From Thecamonas trahens ATCC 50062 (taxonomy: Eukaryota; Protista; Apusomonadida), in assembly GCF_000142905.1 (NCBI RefSeq), contig NW_013657672.1, positions 390,244 to 454,243 on the forward strand: a DNA stretch of 64,000 nucleotides, written 5' to 3'. The translations under genes and the position numbers were made by a program. Below, piece by piece: positions 51,261 to 64,000 of this stretch. The notes under the pieces were generated by a model, which made no database searches, had not been told where the DNA came from, and saw only the letters and a program-made list of their open reading frames with translations. The first letter of the stretch is position 1, and each line of letters begins with the position of its first letter.

Positions 51261-53134
51261 TCAGGATGGTGGCGGGAGGAGCTGGGCCGCGTCAGCGCAC
51301 TGCTGGACCCAGGCCGGCGTGACGTAGGTCGGCCCGGTGCCGGGGGATCGCGACTCTGGAAGCGGCAGCGCTTCTTTGGCGACGACAACAACGTGGACGC
51401 CTGGGCCAGGCTCGCGCCGGAGCCGCCCGCCGTAGGCCACGATGTGGCGGGAGAGCTGCTTGCGGGTGACCGGCTGTAGCGAGCCGTCGTCGACGAGAAA
51501 GACGAGGTTGGCGAAAAACGCGGCAGTGGGGCAAGACCGGCAGCGATGGCGGACGACGAAGCACGGCGAAGAGGGGCCAACGACGATGACGCCGACGACG
51601 CGGCACATGCGTCACCGGCATCGGCAATGCCGTCATCATTGTCGTCGGTGTCAGCGTTGTAGTCGGCGATCTCCTCCGTCGAGCCCGACGCCGACGTTGT
51701 AGCTGGGGCCGCAGCCGGGGCTGCCGGGGCTGAGGCGGTTGAGGGAAGTGGCGCAGGCGCGTGGGCCGCGTAGCTGTCGTGGAGCCAGTCGGGACCGACG
51801 ACCGGCTTGCCTGCGGCGCGAGCGGCCTTGACCTTGGCGGCGTGATCAAAGCCAGGTGCGGCGATGAGCAAATTGCAAGCTGCCGACCAGGCTGCGGAGT
51901 ATGTGGCCCCCATGGCGGCGGCGAGGCTGCGGAGGGTGGCGCGCTCGGGATTGGCGATGCCAGAAATGGTAAAGGTGATGTGGGCAAGTGTGGTTGGCGG
52001 CGGCGGCGTGCGCTTGCGCTTGCGTGATGGAGGGTTCGGCGGGGCCGCAGCCGAGGGAGCCGGCGAGGAAGCAGCAGGCGATCGGTCGTTGACAATGACT
52101 GACTCGCGCGGGGTGGCGACTGCTGATGGGGCGCGGCGGTTTGTGTTGGTGGCGGCCGCCGAGTTGGGGATGAACTCAAAGGTGGAGGCGGCAGCAACGG
52201 CACGGCGGGCCTTGGCGCGGGCAATCTTGGCAGCCTTGGCGGCGGCGGCCTTGATGGCGGCCGTATCGGCCTGCCACTCGTCAAACGATGACGAGCTGGG
52301 CGGCGGCTTGAGTGACGACATGCGCTTGTGGAGCGGAATGAGGCCTTCGAGCGGTGAGGCCTTCAGTGAGGGGTCGCCGGCAAATGGAGCGCGGTGGATC
52401 GAGGCTGCGGCAGCGGGAGTGTCGAACGAGAGCTGGGACTTGCCGAGAGGGCGAAGCATGTCCTTGAGCGCGGCGTCGACGTCAGCCTTGGGCAGCGACG
52501 GCGGCTGGGGTGGGGCGTCGAGGAGCGAGCCGAGGCGGAGGAGACCGCCGGCTGCGCCGCGGGCACGGGCCCTGTCCGACGGCGGTGGAGTACGGACGCA
52601 GATGTCGATGCGGGCAAGGCCCATGCGGCGCGGGCGGAGGGCGGTGATGCGGACCACCAGGTGTGAGATGGGCGTGTCCAGCAGGCCGGCGGCAAGTGCA
52701 CCGGAGCCAAAGGACCAGACTTTGGTGGCGAGCACGCCTGGTGCCGGCGGCGGCGGCAACGGCAGCGGCGGAGGGCTGGGTAGGCTCGAGTGCGGCGGAT
52801 CGGGCGGGAGGAGCTGCTTGATAGGCAGGACGGGGCGGGCGGCGACCGTCCACAGGCTGGCCCGATCGATGCCATCCGCAGCGAGCACAGCACTCGCCGG
52901 TGCATCTCCGTCATGAACAACCATGATCTCCACAAAGGGCGTGTTATAGTTGCGGACGATGACGTCTGTGAGAAGAGCCGGGCGGGCGAGAGCGAGGACA
53001 AGCAGGCCCGGGCCATGACCAGCCCCGAGGTCGGCGGGAGGTAGCCAGGGCGTGTGCGGGAGGCCCGAGGCAGGCCATGGACCGGCATCTGGAGGCGAGA
53101 CAAAGGCGACTGTGTATGGGGCGGATGCAGACAT
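51261..53134 (-). CDS. XRCC1: XRCC1-like DNA repair scaffold (N-terminal domain, BRCT1, BRCT2); frameshift near 51515
   Basis: N-domain-like VIVRNYNTPFVEIMV; BRCT1 FTISGIANPERATLRSLAAAMGATYSAAW...VVGPDWLHDSY. BRCT2 (LPR)FFANLVFLV...LSRHIVAYGG...VTPAWVQQC...LLP lies in the adjacent frame after a 5-base homopolymer. Confidence 0.85.
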
Positions 53135-53291
53135 GTGGGTAGTGGGATGGGGGAGGGGGGGATGAGTACCAGGGCATTGGTGTGGGTGAGGGTGGCGCGG
53201 GCGGGCGGGGCGTGACCATTGTGGTTGATTCTGCATTTGTGTCATTGTCCATGCATGCCAACGTGTATGCCACCGGCTCATTCGCATCGTT

Positions 53292-53912
53292 CGTTCGTCA
53301 TCGTTGGTTCGTCATCGTTGGCTCGTTCGTCATCGTTGGCTCGTTCATCATCGTCGGCTCGTTCATCATCGTCGGCTCGTTCGTCATCGTTGGCTCGTTC
53401 ATCATCGTCGGCTCGTTCATCATCGTCGGCTCGTTCATCATCGTCGGCTCGTTCATCCTCGTCGGCTTGTTCGTCATCGTTGGCTCGTTCATCATCGTCG
53501 GCTCGTTCATCATCGTCGGCTCGTTCGTCATCGTTGGCTCGTTCGTCATCGTTGGCTCGTTCATCATCGTTGGCTCGTTCATCATCGTCGGCTCGTTCGT
53601 CATCGTTGGCTCGTTCGTCATCGTTGGCTCGTTCGTCATCGTCGGCTCGTTCGTCATCGTTGGCTCGTTCGTCATCGTTGGCTCGTTCATCATCGTCGGC
53701 TCGTTCGTCATCGTTGGCTCGTTCGTCATCGTTGGCTCGTTCATCATCGTCGGCTCGTTCGTCATCGTTGGCTCGTTCGTCATCGTTGGCTCGTTCATCA
53801 TCGTCGGCTCGTTCGTCATCGTTGGCTCGTTCATCATCGTCGGCTCGTTCGTCATCATCGGCTCGTTCATCATTATCGTCTCATTCGTCATCATCGGCTC
53901 ATTCGTCATCGT
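53292..53912. repeat. 18-bp minisatellite, about 34 copies, between the divergent XRCC1 and VPS13 starts
   Basis: Unit TCGTTC(G/A)TCATCGT(T/C)GGC repeated head to tail. Confidence 0.95.
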
Positions 53913-54005
53913 TGTTCTTCCACGTGACCACACACACCATTGTTTCATTCATTCCATTTGCCACCACCCCTCCCTCCCTCCCTCCCTCCCCCCCCCCCTT
54001 TGGAC

Positions 54006-57000
54006 ATGTTCGAGGGCCTCGTCTCGTCGCTCCTGACACAGTACCTCGGGGCGTATGTGGAGGGTATCGACGCGAACCAGCTGGACATCTCGGTATGGGG
54101 TGGCGACGTAGTGCTGGAAAACCTCAATGTCAAGCCCGAGGCTCTGGACGGGCTCGGCCTTCCGCTGGCGCTTACCGGTGGCGTGGTGGGCAAGCTTGTC
54201 ATCAAGGCAGACTGGAAGCATCTCAAGTCCAAGCCGGTCACCGCAGAGCTGCATAATGTGTTTGTCCTGGCTGGCCCCGCCGGTGCCGTGCCCTACGACC
54301 AGGAGGCCGAGGAGGCCAAGGCTCAGGCCGACAAGCAATCGGCGCTGGCCGCGCTGGAGATGGCCAAGGAGTCCAAGGCCAAGGCGCGGGCAGAGATGGC
54401 CAAGGAGGCCAAGAAGCGGGCCAAAAAAGCCAAGAAGAAGGCCAAGAAGAAGGACAAGGCCGCGGGCAAGGATCCCGCCCCGCCCGGCCTTGACGACGAC
54501 GACGAGCCCGTCGAGGACTCTTTCGCCGCCCGTCTCGCCGCCAAGATCATCGACAATCTGCAGGTGGTGGTCAAGGGCATCCACATCCGCTACCAGGACA
54601 AAATCGCAAACTTTGCCGAGAACGCCCCAGTCCTCATCGCCGTCACCGGTGTCGAGCATGCCGCCGCTTCAGCTGCGCTCGCTGCCAACCCGGCGTGCGC
54701 TACCCACTACGGCTTTGGTATCACCCTTCAGGGACTCACCCTCTGCTCGACCGACGACTCATGGCGGCCGACGTTTCTCACCGAGTCCAAGCCGCTCGTA
54801 CACAAGCTCGCCGAGCTCTCGAATCTCGCTGTGTATTGGGACCCAAACGTGGCGCCGATCGTCGACGCCTCACCAGCCGGCCTTGCCGCTGCCCTCACCC
54901 CGGGCATCCCGACTGACACCGCTCCGCCCTCGCTCCATCACTACGTTCTTGACCCGATCCACCTCAACGCCAAGGTGGTGATGAACAAGCGCGACAAGCC
55001 TGACATGCTCAATCCCAAGTTCACCATCCAGGTTGCTCTCGACGCCATCGGCGTCGAGCTCGAGCAGAGTCAGTACGTCCAGGTCATGGACGTGCTCGGC
55101 AAGTTCACCATGTTCTCGCGCTCGTACCCATTCCGCAAGTTCCGCCCGGCCCGGCGGCCCGCCGACGACCCGGCCGCCTGGTGGCGCTACGCTGCCAACG
55201 CCGTCCTGGTCGACATCAAGCGCCGCAACGCAGAGTGGTCGCCCGCACACTTTGCACAGCGCAAGCGCGACAAAGACGACTACATCCGGGTCTACACCCA
55301 GAAGAAGCTCTCCAAGAAGGGTAAGCTTCCTCCAGTTCTCGAAAAGGAGCTCGAGATCCTCGAGCTCCGCCTCGATTTTGACTCGATCCGCTTCTTCCGC
55401 ATGCTCACTGAGCTCCGCCTCAAGCAGGCCGAGTTTGCCAAAAAGGCCAAAAAGGCCAAGAAGAAGAAGGAAAAGGGCGAGAGCGGCGGCGGCGGCATGT
55501 TCTCGTGGTTCAAGGGCAAGGGCAAGGACAAGGAGAAGGAAAAGGAGCTCGCCGCACTCCATCCCGACGTTGTCGAGGCTACAGCCTCCGAGGCAGACGA
55601 CCCGATTGATCTCGAGCCAGATGCCACTGCAAACGTCTGGTCCGCCTTCTCGCCCGACGAGCAGTCGGCCATCTACGACTTGCTCGAGCCCGAGTTTGAC
55701 GACGCCGGGCCCGTCGGCCCGCCGCCACCCGACTACGTCAAGATCCGCATCAACTTTACCTCGACGCCGCACGTGTTGTGGTCAAGGCCGACGCCAGCTC
55801 GCCGATCGTTGACTTTGAGCTCGACGGCCTCGCCCTCGAGCTCTGTCAGCGGCCGGACTCGATGTGGACATCGACTTCACTCGCCTCGCTCCACGCCCGC
55901 GACTATATTACTCCCGACTCGGCCTTCCCCTATCTCATCCAGCCCAAGACCGCGGCCCGCGACTCGCTCTTCCAGGGCGTCGACATCCGCATCCCGGACG
56001 GACTTGTGCCGAACAAGCTCGTCGCCTGTGAGTTTGAGCTTGCGCCGCTCGACTCGCCGGCTGACATCCGCGTTGGCCTCCGCGCCGCGCCGCTCTCTAT
56101 CGTCTCACCCTCGCCGATCCTCCTGCAGCGCCTCCTCGCATTTGCTGCCGCCGCACAGTCCGAGACCGGCCTCGAGACCGTGGCCACCGCATACCAGGCC
56201 CAGGTCGACGCACTCGTCGTCACCACAGCAGGCGCGTCGCTCGACTATGCCCTTGAGCAGCACTCGATCATGGATGTCTCGGTCGACGTCGCCGCCCCGC
56301 ACATTCTCTACCCGAGGAGCCATGCGCTCGCCGATCAGGACGACAACTTGGTCCTCTGCGTCGACCTTGGCTCTGTCACGGTCTTGTCGGATCTGGAGCA
56401 CGCCGGCTCGGCCGCCCGCGAGCACCTCTACGACCGCTACAACGTCAAGCTCTCGGACGTCCAGGTCCTCGTCGCCGATCGATCGGCACCATGGGCCCTT
56501 GCCGAGCTCGCACCGCCGCCGCCGTCAGCACCGCTTCAGCCGTACCACTTGCTCTCGCCGCTCGAGCTCGAGCTCGCCATCCAGCTTGCCATCCTCCCGA
56601 ATGACCCCACGTTGGTCAAGACCAAGGTGATCGGCTCGACCTCGCGCGTTGCTCTCCACGTCTCGACTCAAAAGTCGCTCGCTCTCCTTACCCTCCTCGA
56701 CTCGGTTGCCCAGCTCACTGATGCGCTGGGCAGCAGCGATGGTGACGGCTCCGCTGCTGCTGCTGGGCCATCAGACCCCGCCCCGGTTGCCTCGAACGGC
56801 GACAAGGTTGCCCGTCGTGCCCTCGCCGCTGATTTTGTCTCGCTCGTCGAGGCTGCTGCTGTCGAACGTGCCCGCATGGAAGCGGTCACCTCGCTGGAGA
56901 CTCTTGTCGAGCGTGTTGAGCTCGACCTAGCCTTCTCGGTTGGCGCTGTCACCGTCTCGGTGTCAGACGACCTTGCTCCGCTGCCGCGGTACTTGCAGAC

Positions 57001-60000
57001 GCCGCCGCCGAACCCAGCCGCGCCTCGGCCTGCCTCGGCCTGCGGCTCGGTATCTGGTGATGATGAGGTGCATCACAGTCCTGCACCTACGCTCGCCTAC
57101 GACGACACGCCTGTCATCTCGGCCGCGTCGCCGCCTGTCGCACCAGCCGTCAGCGAAGCACCGGTCATCATCGTCGTCTCGCTCGAAGGCATATCCGCCA
57201 CTGTTGTCCAGCGAACGTTTGATGGCGTGACCTCGCTCACACTCTCCTCGTTCCACGTCGACGATGAGTGGGTCAAGTCAGCGAGCTACATGGCGTGCTC
57301 GCCGCCTATCCTGCCGACCGGCCTGGGCGCGCTCGTCGCCGCTCGCCCCGTCTCGGCCAGCACGGGCGAGACGCTCCCCCTGCTTGCGCTCACACACACC
57401 GCAGTCGCCAAGAACTCGCCGGAGCTCCTCACCAAGCATGACGCCACCGAGGCCCGCATCGACCTCGCACTCGGCCATGTGGAAGTCAACGTCAACCCGC
57501 AGACCATCCACGCGCTCGCTGTCTTTGCCTCTAAGGCCTTTCCGCCACCTGCAGACGATGACGCTGACGAGGTTGAGCCTGGCACACCGCGGCCGCGTGC
57601 CAGCTCGCGCCGCGGCTCGTCGGTTCTCCGTGCTTCGGTCTCGGCGTCGCGGGCCTCGGTCTCGCGCCGCGCCACCTCGATTCTGGCCGCCACGCCTGCA
57701 GCGTCGGTTGAGGCTCGCGAGGCCCAGCGCAAGTACACCATGCGTGTGGTCCAGGCCCAAACCCAGGCCGCCCTTCAGCTGGCCGCTGACGCTGGCGATG
57801 CAGCGCCCGACATCGACATCACCCAAGTTCTGCAACAGTTCAAGCCGCTTGTCGCCAACGTATCTCTGGCCGGCGTCTCGATCTCGCTCAACGAGCCGGG
57901 TCTCCCGCTCACACAGGTTGTTCTCGGCTCGACCTCGCTCGCCTTTGTGCAGTACACCACGACACTCTCGGCTGAGATCGAGGTTGGCCAGCTCACCGTG
58001 CTTGATCTGGTGACGCCCAACACCCGCTACAAGCGCATTGTCGGTCGCGCGAAGAGCCACACCCATCACCACCGCCGCCACCATCGCCATCGCAAGACAG
58101 CAGCCGTCGTGAGCCCAGCTCGTGGTGACACGATCGGCTCGGGCTCCGACTCGTCGTCGGCCTCGAGCTCTGACTCGTCAAGCTCGGGCTCTTCCTACAC
58201 CTCGTACACCTCATCAGACTCTTCCGACTCGACAAGCTCGTCGGGGTCGGCAAAGGCTCAGAAGCTCGAGGTGGCACAGGCCAGCAAGGCGGCGGCCAAG
58301 CCGCGGGCAATGATCAAGGTCACGTTTGCCACGTACGACAAGTACGAGCCACTCATCGAGTACCCAGGCCACGACATGTCGGTCTCGTGTAAGATTGCCG
58401 CCATCGAGGCCGTTTTTGTCAACCTATTCGTCACCCGCCTCCTCGACTACAATTCCAACTATGTGCCGTTCATGCTCCAGCCGTTTGCAGGCGGCGACGA
58501 AACTCCGGACGAGGTGTTGGCCCTCGAGGCGAGCGCCCCGTCGGTGGCAGCCCCGACGACCTCGGCTAGCCTTGCTATCGGCCCGGCGCCACCGGCCGGT
58601 GCGGTGCTCCCAGCGCCGCCACCAGCGGAAGAGGCCCAGCCCAAGATCAAGGTCTCGGTCGACATGGCCCAGCCGCGGCTGGTCCTCCCGCGGGGCGCGT
58701 TCCACGACGACGCGCTCCATGTCTATCTCGGTAGGCTCTCGGTCTCCAACTCGTTCTCGACCTTTTCCGGCGTCCCGATGGACAACATGGTGGTGCACTT
58801 GTCGGAGACCCATGTGACCGCGCTCGCGTCAGACGCCGGCCCGGCATCGACGCTCGTCGCCGACTTTGGCGTCTCTCTCGACATTGCCCGGTCGCTGCTT
58901 CCGGCTGACACGCGCGTGCCGGAACTGCGGATTTCCGGCGAGGTAGCGCCCATTGTGGCACGGGTGGCACAGCGCGACTATGGCTATCTCATGCGGTGTG
59001 TGCTCGAAAACCTCGACCAGGTCTCGCCGCCGTCAGCCCAGCTCAATCCCCGCACCCTCGAGTGGATCTGGATCCCACCGGGCATCGAGACGGTGGTCCA
59101 CACCGCGCCGCCCCCGGCTGTCCAGACGCCCGACGAGCTTGCCGCTGCCGAAGCCGCTGTGGCCGCTGCTGCTTACATCACCCTCGACGCTTCGGTGGCC
59201 ATCCCGCGGATCGAGCTCGACCTCGTGGCCGCCGACGGTTCGGGCATTCTCGCGCTCACCGTTTGCGATGCTGGCGTGGTGGCGTACACCTCGTCCGACG
59301 GCTCCACAAACGCCAAGGCCACCGTCCAGTGCATCGAGGCTGTCGACGAGCGGCCCGAAGCCGCAGCGGCGCCGTACCGTGCACTCCTCGGCCGCAAGCC
59401 GGGTCTTGACAACACGCCCGAGATCAAGCTCGACTTTGCCGCCACTGCCGGTGGCAAGCAAGTCGTTGACTTGGGCGTCTCGGGCCCGCGAGTCACAGTC
59501 ATCTTTCCGCTCATCGCAGAGCTACTCCTCTTTTCGGCGCTGCCAAAGGACGAGCTCCCGGTCCTCCGCGACACTGTGACCGAGGCTAGCGACGACGCCG
59601 AGGCAGCTGCTGACACGGCTGCAAGCGAGCTGGCCGACTCGACACTCACAGTGCTCAATGTTGGGAACGCGAGCAAGGCGCGGGTGGACCACGGCATGCA
59701 GACCGACGCGGCGCAGGCTAAGACAAGAATCGATGCGCGGATTACAGACCTCTCGCTGGTGCTAATCGAGAACCCGAACGTGGTCGACTCGCGGGCGTTT
59801 GTGGTCCAGACCTCGGTTATGGCACCTGTTGCGCTCGGTGTGACTCTCCTTGGGCGGCCGTTCCTCTCGGCCCCGATTCTTGTGGAAAAGCTGCAGGTGA
59901 CGACGTGTGCGCTCGCCGACGAAGCCGCGACGTCCGCGGTACTCCTGCTCCCGACCACGATCCGGGCTCACTACGACCAGGCTGAGTCGACCCGCCCGCT

Positions 60001-63000
60001 GCCGAGCCACATCGACGAGCACCACCTCCAGCAGCTCAAGCTGAAGGGCATCGAGTCGTCTGTCGGTCTCCTCCTCTGTGTCGCACACACCAACATCCTT
60101 GCCGATCTCGAGACTGTTGACCTGAGGGTCGCCTACCAGGACGTTCTTCTTCTCCTGGCCATTTTCGAGGGTCTCGACGTGGTCAATGCGGCATCGGCGG
60201 AAGCAGCATCCATCGCAGCTGGGCCGCAAGTCGAGTGCACTAGCGCCGCTGTGCGGCTTGACCAAATCGACCCGAGTGCGCTGGCCATGAGTTCTGCGCT
60301 TGCGCCGTTTGGCGGCGGCGCTCCCGCGTCGGCACTCGACGTTGCCACTGATGACGATGACGACGACCTTGCGGTGTTAGAGGACGCAGCCGTCTCTCCT
60401 GCAGACTCTGGTGTTGCTGCTGGTGACACCGATGGTGCCGGTCCGTCATCTGGCCCTCAGCCCATCGTCTCCAGCAACGACGAGTCGCTCGCGGCTGCCG
60501 CGCCGCCGCCCGAGCTGGCTGGCGACGACTTTGTGGTGGTCTCCAACGACGAGCTCGCCGGCAGCGAGGAATCGTTGCGGTTCTCATCGGCAACCATTCG
60601 GGTGACACTCTTTGACGACCGCGACGTCGGGCGCAACTCGCCGCTGGTGGCGCTGGTCGTCTCTACCCTCGACGCCCATGTGGGAAACTGGTCGGCAGCG
60701 CTTCTGGCGCGAGTCCGGCTGGGTTTGGCCGGTCTGGTGTACAACGCCAGCTTGGCCGAGTGGGAGCCGATGATCGAGCCGTGGATGATGACAGTGCGGG
60801 CGTGGACCTCCGAGCCCACGCTCACGGTGTCGGACGTCATCTCTGCGGCGGAGCTCCCACCAGCGATGGAAGTTCTTGTCACGTCAGACAACATACTGGT
60901 TGTCAACGCCACGCAGACCCTTGTCTCTACGCTCCTTACTACGGGCTCGCTACTTGAGGCTGAGCTGCGAAGCTCTGCGCAGTTTTATGAGCTGCGGCGG
61001 ACTTTTGCACCGTACAAGGTTACCAACGAGACCGGGTGCGAAGTCTCAGTCCTCCTCTCGCCGCACGATGCGTTGCTTGTCAAGCCGTGGGCAAGCGAGG
61101 GCTTTGACTTTCCCGAGGCAGGCAGTGCGACTGACGCAGACGCGCTCTCAGCACAGCTTGTGCCACTCGGCGACGCCAGCGATGCGTTTGGGGCGCGGCT
61201 GCCGCGGCTGGGGCGGACGCCTCACTATGTGTGCCTCGTCGTTGCCGGCGGATGGGAGCCGATCACTCGCGTCCCGGTGGACCGTGTCGGGCGGACGGCA
61301 TACACGCTGACGCCGACCAAGAGCGGGAAGCGTGTTGGAAAGTCGGACGGGAGCGACTCGGTGGCTCGAATTGTGGTCGATGTTGCGCTTGACAAGACCG
61401 GGTGTAAGGTCATCATGGTGCGGTCGTGTGTCTGGTTGGTCAACTCGACGCCTGTTCCGCTCTCGCTCCGATGCGAGGGCGCCTCCGATGGAGTACCAAC
61501 CGCGCTTCCGCGGCTGGAGCCCGGGTGCGGGCGTGGGGTGCCAGTCGACCTCGCTTTCGCCTCGCGGGTCCGGCTTCGCCCTTCAGACGCCGACGTCGAG
61601 TGGTCGCGACAGACGCTGTTCTGGTTTGGCGCACATGGCGGAAACGTGAAGCGTCCATCAGAGACAACAGAGAAGAAGCGCACCCTGTATGCAGCGTCGG
61701 GCCGCACGCTCCTAGTTTACTGTGCTGCTGCTGATGCGAGCGCGTCTGCTGTAGTGCACGGCGAGCCGTGGCTGACCGTTGACGATGGAAGCGAGGCCGA
61801 CGAGTTGCATGCCAGCGCCGCAGGCGTGATCGACCTGGGCTCGGCAGCCACAGACTCGGATTCTGATGTCGAGGACCAAGCTGCAGCCGGCGACGGGGAC
61901 GGCGACGGGGACGGCAAGGCCGAGGACGAGGACGAGGTCGAGGTCGAGGATGAAGATGAGATTGAGGCCGTCACGCCGACGCTTCTCACTTCAGAGCTCC
62001 GTGACCACCTGCGTAGTCACGAAGACATGTACTTTGGTGTCCACGAGGTGGAAGAAGGCGTGTCGCGGCCACGGTTCCCGTACCCGCAGCATGTTTACTC
62101 GGTGTTTGCGCCTGTGGAGATCGAGAACTTGTGTGCGAGCGGCCTGAGCTACGAACTTGTGGCCCTCGAGTCGATGTCGGTGCACAGAGGCGAGGTGGGC
62201 AAGGGCGAGGTGAGGCAGGTTCTCACGGTCCATCCGGAGCTCTCTGTGGTGCTCCGCGTCAAGCTGCCTGGCTTTGGGTGGTCGGCCGAAGCGGTGCTGT
62301 TTGCAGGAGCAAAGGGCGAGCGCAAGGTACAGCTGCCGGGATCCAACAAGCGAGTCAAGATCAAGGAAGCCGACAATGTGGAGCTCGTGGACGAGAGCGG
62401 GCGGCGGCTGGTGCTCAACATTATGCGGACTGTGGCAGGCGAGGCAGGTGCGGCGCCGCTGCACGTCACCATCTATGCGCCCTTCTGGGTGGTGAACGCG
62501 ACAGGCCAGCCGCTAGTCGTGGCACAAAAGCATGGATACAAAAAGTACTACGAGGCTGCCGGACTGCCTGGGACCGGACTGGCGCCGGATCCGAGAGCGC
62601 CTTTCATGTTCTCATACGTCAGGCTTGGCAAGTCGCTGCTGAAGAACCAGATGGCGGTTGCGGTGGGTGCGTCCAAGTTCTCCAAGGCCTTTGGAGTCTC
62701 GAGCGCCGGCTCGGTGTCTGCGGTCAAGATTGAGCGTGGGGCGCGGGACGACGACGACGACGAGAGCGCGGCCAACGACCCGAACGCTATCACGATTGTC
62801 AACGATGACGGTGAGGCCGTTGACGTTGTCCGCGACGTGGCGGAGCCGTTTTACGAGTTTGGCGTCCGGGTTGATCTCGGGACAGATCGGTTCCGCGTGG
62901 TCAAGATTGTGACGCTCACGCCGCGGTTCATGCTTGTGTCGCGGCTGCCGGACGGGATGGTGGTCGAGGTGCGGCAGGTCGGAAGCGAAGACTGCGGCGA

Positions 63001-64000
63001 AGTGCCTCTGGCGCTGCAGGCCGGTGCAAGCGCCGCGTGGCACTTTCCGCGCCACGACGCGCCGGACAAGATCCAACTGCGCTTTGCAGATGGAAGCGGT
63101 CCGGCGGCGGCCAACGGCGAGGCCGGAGACTGGGGCTGGTCGGGCGGATTTGACATCGACAACCTTGGCCTGGTTAACGTCAAGGTGGTCGAGGCAAGCT
63201 CAGGCAAGGTGTACATTTTTGCAGTGGAGATCCGCGTGGAGGGATCTGTGCTTGGAGTAACCATTGCGCCGGACGCGGGCGTGCCGCAGTTTTCGATTCG
63301 CAACGAGTCGGGCGAGGCGCTGGCGTTTTTCCAGGCCGATCTACGCGACCACCTCCAGGTGTTGTATCCTGGTGGGCGATGCGGGTACGCGTGGGACGAC
63401 CTGTCGGCCAAGAAGCGGTTGACGGTCATGTTCCGTGGCGGGTCGAAGGACTCGGGAGGAGCCACGCGCAAGTACAAGCTGACGGCGCTCAAGACGTTCA
63501 AAAAAATCGAGCTGCGTGGCGGCATCCATGGCCCGCCGCGGGTCGTCGATGTGGAGCTCACGGCCGAGGGTCCGACCAAAGTGCTGGTATTCAAGGCGCA
63601 GCGACGAGGGAGCGAGTCCCGGGGTGGGGAGAGCGGAGACGAGGCCGCAGTGGTCAAGCAGGAGCGTGCGGACCTCGGGCTGCGCGTGGAGCTTCCGGGT
63701 GTCGGGCTCTCGCTCATTGATGAGCGAGCGCCGCGAGAGCTTGTGTTTGCCGCGCTGGTGGGGATCCGGGTCGAGGTCGAAGACTCGAGCACGTCGCAGA
63801 CGTTCAAACTCGACGTGGCCAAGGTGCAGGTGGACAACGCACTGCCGACGGCGCAGTACGGGGTGCTACTTGGGCCCAAGGCGTCCAAGCTAGAGGACCG
63901 GTCGCATGTGGCGATCGACTTTTGGAAGTCGAAGACGAACCCGTCGCTTGAGCACTACAAGTTCCTCAACGTGCTCGTGCAGGAGATGGTGCTGTGTGTG
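54006..64000 (+). CDS. VPS13: VPS13-family bridge-like lipid transfer protein; frameshift near 55759, 3' end outside window
   Basis: Chorein-N MFEGLVSSLLTQYLGAYVEG..ISVWGGDVVLENL, KIIDNLQV..IHIRYQD, WWRYA. After a frame change at TTTACC/TC the new frame carries WEPMIEPW, APYKVTNETG, IYAPFWVVNATG, VTLTPRF, GVGLSLID, QVDN and is still in register at 64000. Confidence 0.95.

Noticed and set aside
53182-54256. Repeat ORFs (SFVIVG, MTNEPT, LVRHRW) and CRISPR-like appearance of the 18-bp array
   Set aside because: Head-to-tail units without unique spacers and no cas genes; frames are open only because the unit is a multiple of 3 without stops
39520-55765. Frame breaks in TmcB paralog 1, XRCC1 and VPS13 as programmed frameshifting or pseudogenes
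   Set aside because: Each is a single-base loss at or next to a short homopolymer in otherwise intact genes, with no shared slippery motif; sequencing error is the simplest explanation, and reads are needed to confirm
3671-64000. Functional cluster of endolysosomal genes (VPS39, VAC14, VPS13, PH-ankyrin) or ADP-ribose genes (ARH, XRCC1)
   Set aside because: Interspersed with unrelated genes on both strands; no evidence of co-regulation, and chance is sufficient without synteny data

Overview
A GC-rich, gene-dense and intron-poor eukaryotic window, probably from a unicellular protist; the style is reminiscent of an apusomonad such as Thecamonas, which is inference only. It has GT-AG spliceosomal introns with CTCAC/CTAAC branch points, poly-C/poly-G tracts, two 100-N gaps and several single-base frameshifts that look like sequencing errors. 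In order it contains: a secreted GSK/DTK/PAPT-repeat protein (partial), a membrane-anchored DNase I, VPS39, a ~4,100-aa DUF3638/DUF3645 protein with helicase-like motifs, four EF-hands and a Vps62-like tail, and an apparently non-coding spliced host gene with three intronic box C/D snoRNAs (one U53-like, two copies of a dual-guide snR39B/U24-type RNA). These are followed by VAC14, a PH-ankyrin protein, a Gly-rich 180-bp-repeat protein, an ADP-ribosylglycohydrolase, a MADS-box factor, a four-WW protein and a choice-of-anchor B/LVIVD type I membrane protein. The last part holds two tandem TmcB-like PAS/TPR membrane proteins with patchy near-identity separated by a piggyBac-like remnant, LTO1, XRCC1, an 18-bp minisatellite and VPS13 (running off the end). 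The most notable signals outside the ORF track are the snoRNA cluster, the giant multidomain protein and a sawtooth C/G strand skew that ignores gene orientation. All family assignments are by motif recognition from memory; no searches were run.
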